DNA from: Longivirga aurantiaca
GTDB lineage: Bacteria > Actinomycetota > Actinomycetes > S36-B12 > CAIYMF01
DNA: 32,000 nucleotides
Assembly: GCF_042660085.1 (NCBI RefSeq)
Contig: NZ_JBHSTI010000008.1
Coordinates: 1,269,876 to 1,301,875, forward strand
Direction: 5' to 3'
Shown: one piece after another, positions 28,203-32,000 of the stretch
Numbering within the stretch: the first letter of the stretch is position 1
Layout: every line of letters starts with the position of its first letter
Translations under genes and position numbers: made by a program
The notes under the pieces: model-generated
Seen by the model: only the letters and a program-made list of their open reading frames with translations
What the model was told of the DNA's origin: nothing
Databases searched by the model: none

Positions 28203-28249
28203 GAGCGCACGAGGGCCCGGCTCACCACGAGCCGGGCCCTCGTGCGCTC
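28203..28249 (+). terminator. Strong terminator-like hairpin after the surface protein gene
   Basis: gagcgcacgagggcccggctc-accac-gagccgggccctcgtgcgctc: perfect 21-bp stem with a 5-nt loop. Confidence 0.85.
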
Positions 28250-28266
28250 CCGCTAGGTTGGGCTCC

Positions 28267-29244
28267 ATGGACACGCGCACCCTCGCCGGCCGTCCCGTCT
28301 CGGTCGTCGGCCTCGGCACCTGGCAGCTCGGCGCCGACTGGGGCCCGGTGGACGACGCCCAGGCGTTCGACGTCCTCGACGCCGCCTACGACGCGGGCGT
28401 GACCTTCTTCGACACCGCCGACGTCTACGGCGACGGCCGCAGCGAGCAGCTCATCGCGGCCTGGCGCGCGAGCCGCCCGGACGCCGAGGTGATGGTGGCG
28501 ACCAAGATGGGCCGCCGCGTGGAGCAGCGGCCGGAGAACTACAGTGCGGAGGCCATGCGCGCGTGGAACGACCGGTCGCGCGCCAACCTCCGCGTCGACA
28601 CCCTCGACCTGGTGCAGCTCCACTGCCCGCCCACCGCGCTCTACGGCCTCGACGCCGTGTTCGACGACCTCGACGCGATGGTGGCCGAGGGCCGGATGGC
28701 GGCGTACGGGGTCAGCGTGGAGACCTGCGCGGAGGCGCTCGCGGCCATCGTGCGCCCGGGAGTGGCGAGCGTCCAGATCATCCTCAACCCGCTGCGCCAC
28801 AAGCCCCTGGACGCCGTGCTGCCGGCCGCTGCGGCGTCCGGCACGGGGATCATCGCCCGCGTGCCGCTTGCCTCCGGGCTGCTCTCGGGCCGGTACGACG
28901 CGAGCACGACCTTTCCGGCCGACGACCACCGCACCTACAACCGGCACGGCGAGGCGTTCGACGTGGGGGAGACGTTCTCCGGCGTCCCGTACGACGTCGG
29001 GCTCGAGGCGGTGGCTGCACTGCGCGGGGTCGTGCCCGCCGGCGTGGCGACCGCCGCCTTCGCGCTGCGCTAGGTGCTGGACCAGCCGGGAGTCACCACC
29101 GTCATCCCCGGCGCCCGCAACCGGGCCCAGGCCGAGGGCAACGCCGCAGCCGCAGGCCTCCCGCCGCTCACCTCCGAGCAGCAGGCCGCGGTCGCCGAGA
29201 TCTACGACCGGCTCGTCCGACCCCTGGTGCACGACCGCTGGTGA
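28267..29244 (+). pseudogene. Aldo/keto reductase interrupted by an in-frame TAG
   Basis: MDTRTLAGRPVSVVGLGTWQLGADWG...TPFFDTAD-type motif (TFFDTADVYGDGRSE)...ATAAFALR-[TAG 29071-29073]-VLDQPGVTTVIPGARNRAQAEGNAAAAG...LVRPLVHDRW* in the same frame. Confidence 0.8.
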
Positions 29245-29254
29245 CCGGGACGCA

Positions 29255-29288
29255 CGAAGGCCCGCCCCCTCGCGGGGGCGGGCCTTCG
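29255..29288. terminator. Bidirectional terminator-like hairpin between convergent genes
   Basis: cgaaggcccgccccc-tcgc-gggggcgggccttcg: perfect 15-bp stem with a 4-nt loop. Confidence 0.8.
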
Positions 29289-29302
29289 GTGACGGTCGGG
29301 GC

Positions 29303-29530
29303 TCAGGCCTCGTGCTCGACGATCGGCGTCGGCTCGGTGAGCTTGGCGGTCTCGTCCAGGACGTCGCTGGCGAGCGGGCGCAGACGCGCCTCGTGCTCGC
29401 GGAAGTGGTGGCCGCAGAAGAGCAGCTCGCCGCCGGCGGTGAGGCTCACGCGGACGTAGGCCTGGGCGCCACAGCGGTCACAGCGGTCGAGCGCGGTGAG
29501 CGGCGTGGTCGGGCTCAGGGTCGCAGTCAT
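29303..29530 (-). CDS. DUF7455-type small zinc-ribbon-like protein
   Basis: LTALDRCDRCGAQAYVRVSLTAGGELLFCGHHFREHEARL: CxxC...CxxH cluster, commonly found near sigA/parE in actinobacteria. Confidence 0.82.
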   Translation of the reverse strand: MTATLSPTTPLTALDRCDRCGAQAYVRVSLTAGGELLFCGHHFREHEARLRPLASDVLDETAKLTEPTPIVEHEA

Positions 29531-29893
29531 CCTCTACCTCCGGTTCGGTACCTCAAGTCTTGCACGTACCAACGACATGCACCGCCGGGGTAGTCCCGCG
29601 TTCGCCTGCGGCTGAACCGCATCGTGACCCGTTTCACCCCGCCACCACCACCACCTGGGCCCGGCGTGTCGCAGTCGGCACCGAACCTTTGCGCGCCTGT
29701 AACACCCCCGCAACGCGGGACGGGCGCCGCGGCAGGCCCCGACCTCCCCCGTATCGTCAGGTCCGGGGCCCATCCGAGCATGTCCGGGCCGTGGCGCTCG
29801 CCACCCCGGCGTGGCCCGGAGGGGCCCGTGGGAGGCGGCGACTACCCTCAGGGACGTCCGCCTCACCCGCCGTCGCCAGGAGATCCGCGCACC

Positions 29894-31990
29894 ATGACCG
29901 CCGAGCCCGTCGCCCGTCGCGCCCCACGGACGTCCGCAGGCTCCGGGTACTCCGCCAAGCACCTGTCCGTGCTCGAGGGGCTCGACGCCGTCCGCAAGCG
30001 ACCGGGCATGTACATCGGGTCCACGGACGGCCGCGGCCTCATGCACTGCCTCTGGGAGATCATCGACAACGCGGTCGACGAGGCTCTGGCCGGCCACTGC
30101 CACCTCATCGACGTCGTGCTGCACTCCGACGGCTCGGTCGAGGTCCGCGACGACGGTCGCGGCATCCCCGTCGACGTCGAGCCGAAGACCCGGCTCACCG
30201 GTGTCGAGGTCGTCATGACCAAGCTGCACGCCGGCGGCAAGTTCGGCGGCGGGTCGTACACCGCGTCGGGCGGCCTGCACGGCGTCGGCGCGTCGGTGGT
30301 CAACGCGCTGTCCGAGCGCCTCGACATCGAGGTCGACCGCGACTCCAAGATCCACACCATGTCGTTCAAGCGCGGCGTGCCGGGCCTGTTCGAGGGCGAC
30401 GGCCCCGACGCCGAGTTCACGAAGAAGTCCGGCCTCGTGATCGCCGGGAAGGCAAAGAAGGGTGTCACTGGCACCCGGGTGCGCTACTGGGCCGACCGGC
30501 AGATCTTCACCAAGGACGCCGAGTTCGACGTCGAGGCCCTGCGGGCCCGGGCGCGCCAGACCGCGTTCCTCGTGCCCGGGCTCACCCTGGTCATCCGTGA
30601 CGAGCGCACCGACGAGGTGTCCGAGGAGACCTACGTCTTCAAGGGCGGCATCACGGAGTACGTCGAGTTCCTGTCGCAGGACGAGGCGGTCACCGGTGTG
30701 CTGCGCCTCAAGGGCGCCGGGCACTTCAAGGAGACCGTGCCGGTGCTCGACGGCAAGGGGCACATGTCGTCGCAGGAGGTCGAGCGCGAGCTCGGCGTCG
30801 ACGTCGCCATGCGCTGGGGCACCGGGTACGACACCGACGTCCGCAGCTACGTCAACATCATCGCGACGCCCAAGGGCGGCACGCACGTGAGCGGCTTCGA
30901 CCGCGCGCTCACCAAGACGGTCAACGACGTCCTGCGCGGCCAGAAGGTGCTCAAGGCGTCCGAGGACAACGTGACCAAGGAGGACATCGCCGAGGGCCTC
31001 ACCGCCATCGTGACGGTGCGCCTCGCCGAGCCGCAGTTCGAGGGCCAGACCAAGGAGGTCCTCGGCACACCGGCGGCCACCCGCATCGTGTCCCACGTCG
31101 TGGCCAAGGAGCTCACCGCCTGGTTCACCTCGCCGCCGCGCGGCGACAAGGCCGCCACCAAGGCGGTGCTCGACAAGATCGCCAACGCCTCCCGTGCCCG
31201 GATCGCCGCTCGCACCCACCGCGACGTGCAGCGCCGCAAGAACGCGCTCGAGTCCTCCGCGCTGCCCGCGAAGCTGGCCGACTGCCGCAGCGACGACGTC
31301 GAGCGCAGCGAGCTGTTCATCGTCGAGGGCGACTCCGCGCTCGGCACCGCCAAGCTCGCGCGCAGCGCCGAGTACCAGGCGCTGCTTCCGATCCGCGGCA
31401 AGATCCTGAACACCCAGAAGGCGTCCGTCGCCGACATGCTGAAGAACACCGAGTGCGCCGCGATCATCCAGGTGATCGGCGCGGGCTCCGGCCGCACGTT
31501 CGACCTCGCCCAGGCGCGCTACGGCAAGGTGATCGTGATGTCCGACGCCGACGTCGACGGCGCCCACATCCGCTGCCTGCTGCTCACGCTCGTGCACCGC
31601 TACATGCGGCCGCTGCTCGAGGATGGCCGCGTCTACGCCGCAGTCCCGCCGCTGCACCGGTTCGAGATCACCAACCCGGGCACGAAGAAGAACGACGTCG
31701 TCTACACGTACTCCGAGGAGGAGTACCGCGCGATGCTCGCCGACCTCACGTCCAAGGGCCGGTCGTTCAAGACGCCGCAGCGCTACAAGGGCCTCGGCGA
31801 GATGGACGCCTCGCAGCTGCGTGAGACCACCATGGACCCCGCGTCGCGCACCCTGCGCCGCATCACCATCTCGGAGACCGACGCCGCGCTCGAGGTCTTC
31901 GACCTCCTCATGGGCACGGACGTCGCCCCGCGCAAGGAGTTCATCGTCGAGGGCGCGCAGAGCCTCGACCGGGCACGCATCGACGCCTGA
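29894..31990 (+). CDS. parE: DNA topoisomerase IV subunit B / type IIA topoisomerase ATPase subunit
   Basis: YSAKHLSVLEGLDAVRKRPGMYIGSTDGRGLMHCLWEIIDNAVDEALAGHC...ELFIVEGDSALGTAK...PIRGKILNTQKA...IVMSDADVDGAHIRCLLLTL: GHKL ATPase and TOPRIM motifs. Confidence 0.93.
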   Translation: MTAEPVARRAPRTSAGSGYSAKHLSVLEGLDAVRKRPGMYIGSTDGRGLMHCLWEIIDNAVDEALAGHCHLIDVVLHSDGSVEVRDDGRGIPVDVEPKTRLTGVEVVMTKLHAGGKFGGGSYTASGGLHGVGASVVNALSERLDIEVDRDSKIHTMSFKRGVPGLFEGDGPDAEFTKKSGLVIAGKAKKGVTGTRVRYWADRQIFTKDAEFDVEALRARARQTAFLVPGLTLVIRDERTDEVSEETYVFKGGITEYVEFLSQDEAVTGVLRLKGAGHFKETVPVLDGKGHMSSQEVERELGVDVAMRWGTGYDTDVRSYVNIIATPKGGTHVSGFDRALTKTVNDVLRGQKVLKASEDNVTKEDIAEGLTAIVTVRLAEPQFEGQTKEVLGTPAATRIVSHVVAKELTAWFTSPPRGDKAATKAVLDKIANASRARIAARTHRDVQRRKNALESSALPAKLADCRSDDVERSELFIVEGDSALGTAKLARSAEYQALLPIRGKILNTQKASVADMLKNTECAAIIQVIGAGSGRTFDLAQARYGKVIVMSDADVDGAHIRCLLLTLVHRYMRPLLEDGRVYAAVPPLHRFEITNPGTKKNDVVYTYSEEEYRAMLADLTSKGRSFKTPQRYKGLGEMDASQLRETTMDPASRTLRRITISETDAALEVFDLLMGTDVAPRKEFIVEGAQSLDRARIDA

Positions 31991-32000
31991 GCCTGGACAG

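Noticed and set aside
1-32000. tRNA or rRNA genes
   Set aside because: No cloverleaf-like sequence with GTTCRANNC/CCA-type signature or rRNA segment noticed by eye. A tRNAscan-SE/Infernal run would be needed to exclude them formally.

Overview
High-GC actinobacterial chromosomal window, Cellulomonadaceae/Promicromonosporaceae-like by gene content (inference). Most of it is ordinary housekeeping and metabolic sequence: a TTC38-like TPR protein, two Gfo/Idh/MocA oxidoreductases plus an alpha/beta hydrolase in a tightly overlapping operon, a YbdK-type carboxylate-amine ligase, a UbiE/MenG-like methyltransferase, a GNAT acetyltransferase, a DUF222/HNH protein, a tandem-Usp stress protein, a TMADH-like flavoprotein followed by a methyltransferase, a GH63-like glucosidase, a DUF456 protein, a 1845-aa LPXTG-anchored surface protein, an aldo/keto reductase, a DUF7455 protein and topoisomerase IV subunit B. 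The segment from about 17.2 to 21.8 kb looks more accessory. It holds orphan membrane and secreted proteins, a frameshifted membrane protein, a regulator-like gene bracketed by a 27-bp perfect direct repeat, and an isolated Flp-type pilin. I found no CRISPR array, rRNA, tRNA, transposase or recognisable defence system, and no convincing undescribed multi-gene system. The best leads are an in-frame TAG in the aldo/keto reductase where Trp is expected, the 27-bp repeats around the regulator gene, a candidate LexA/SOS-like box inside the promoter of the DUF222/HNH gene, a TMADH-family enzyme with altered substrate-bowl residues, and a five-fold Ig-like repeat array with one cysteine pair per unit in the surface protein.
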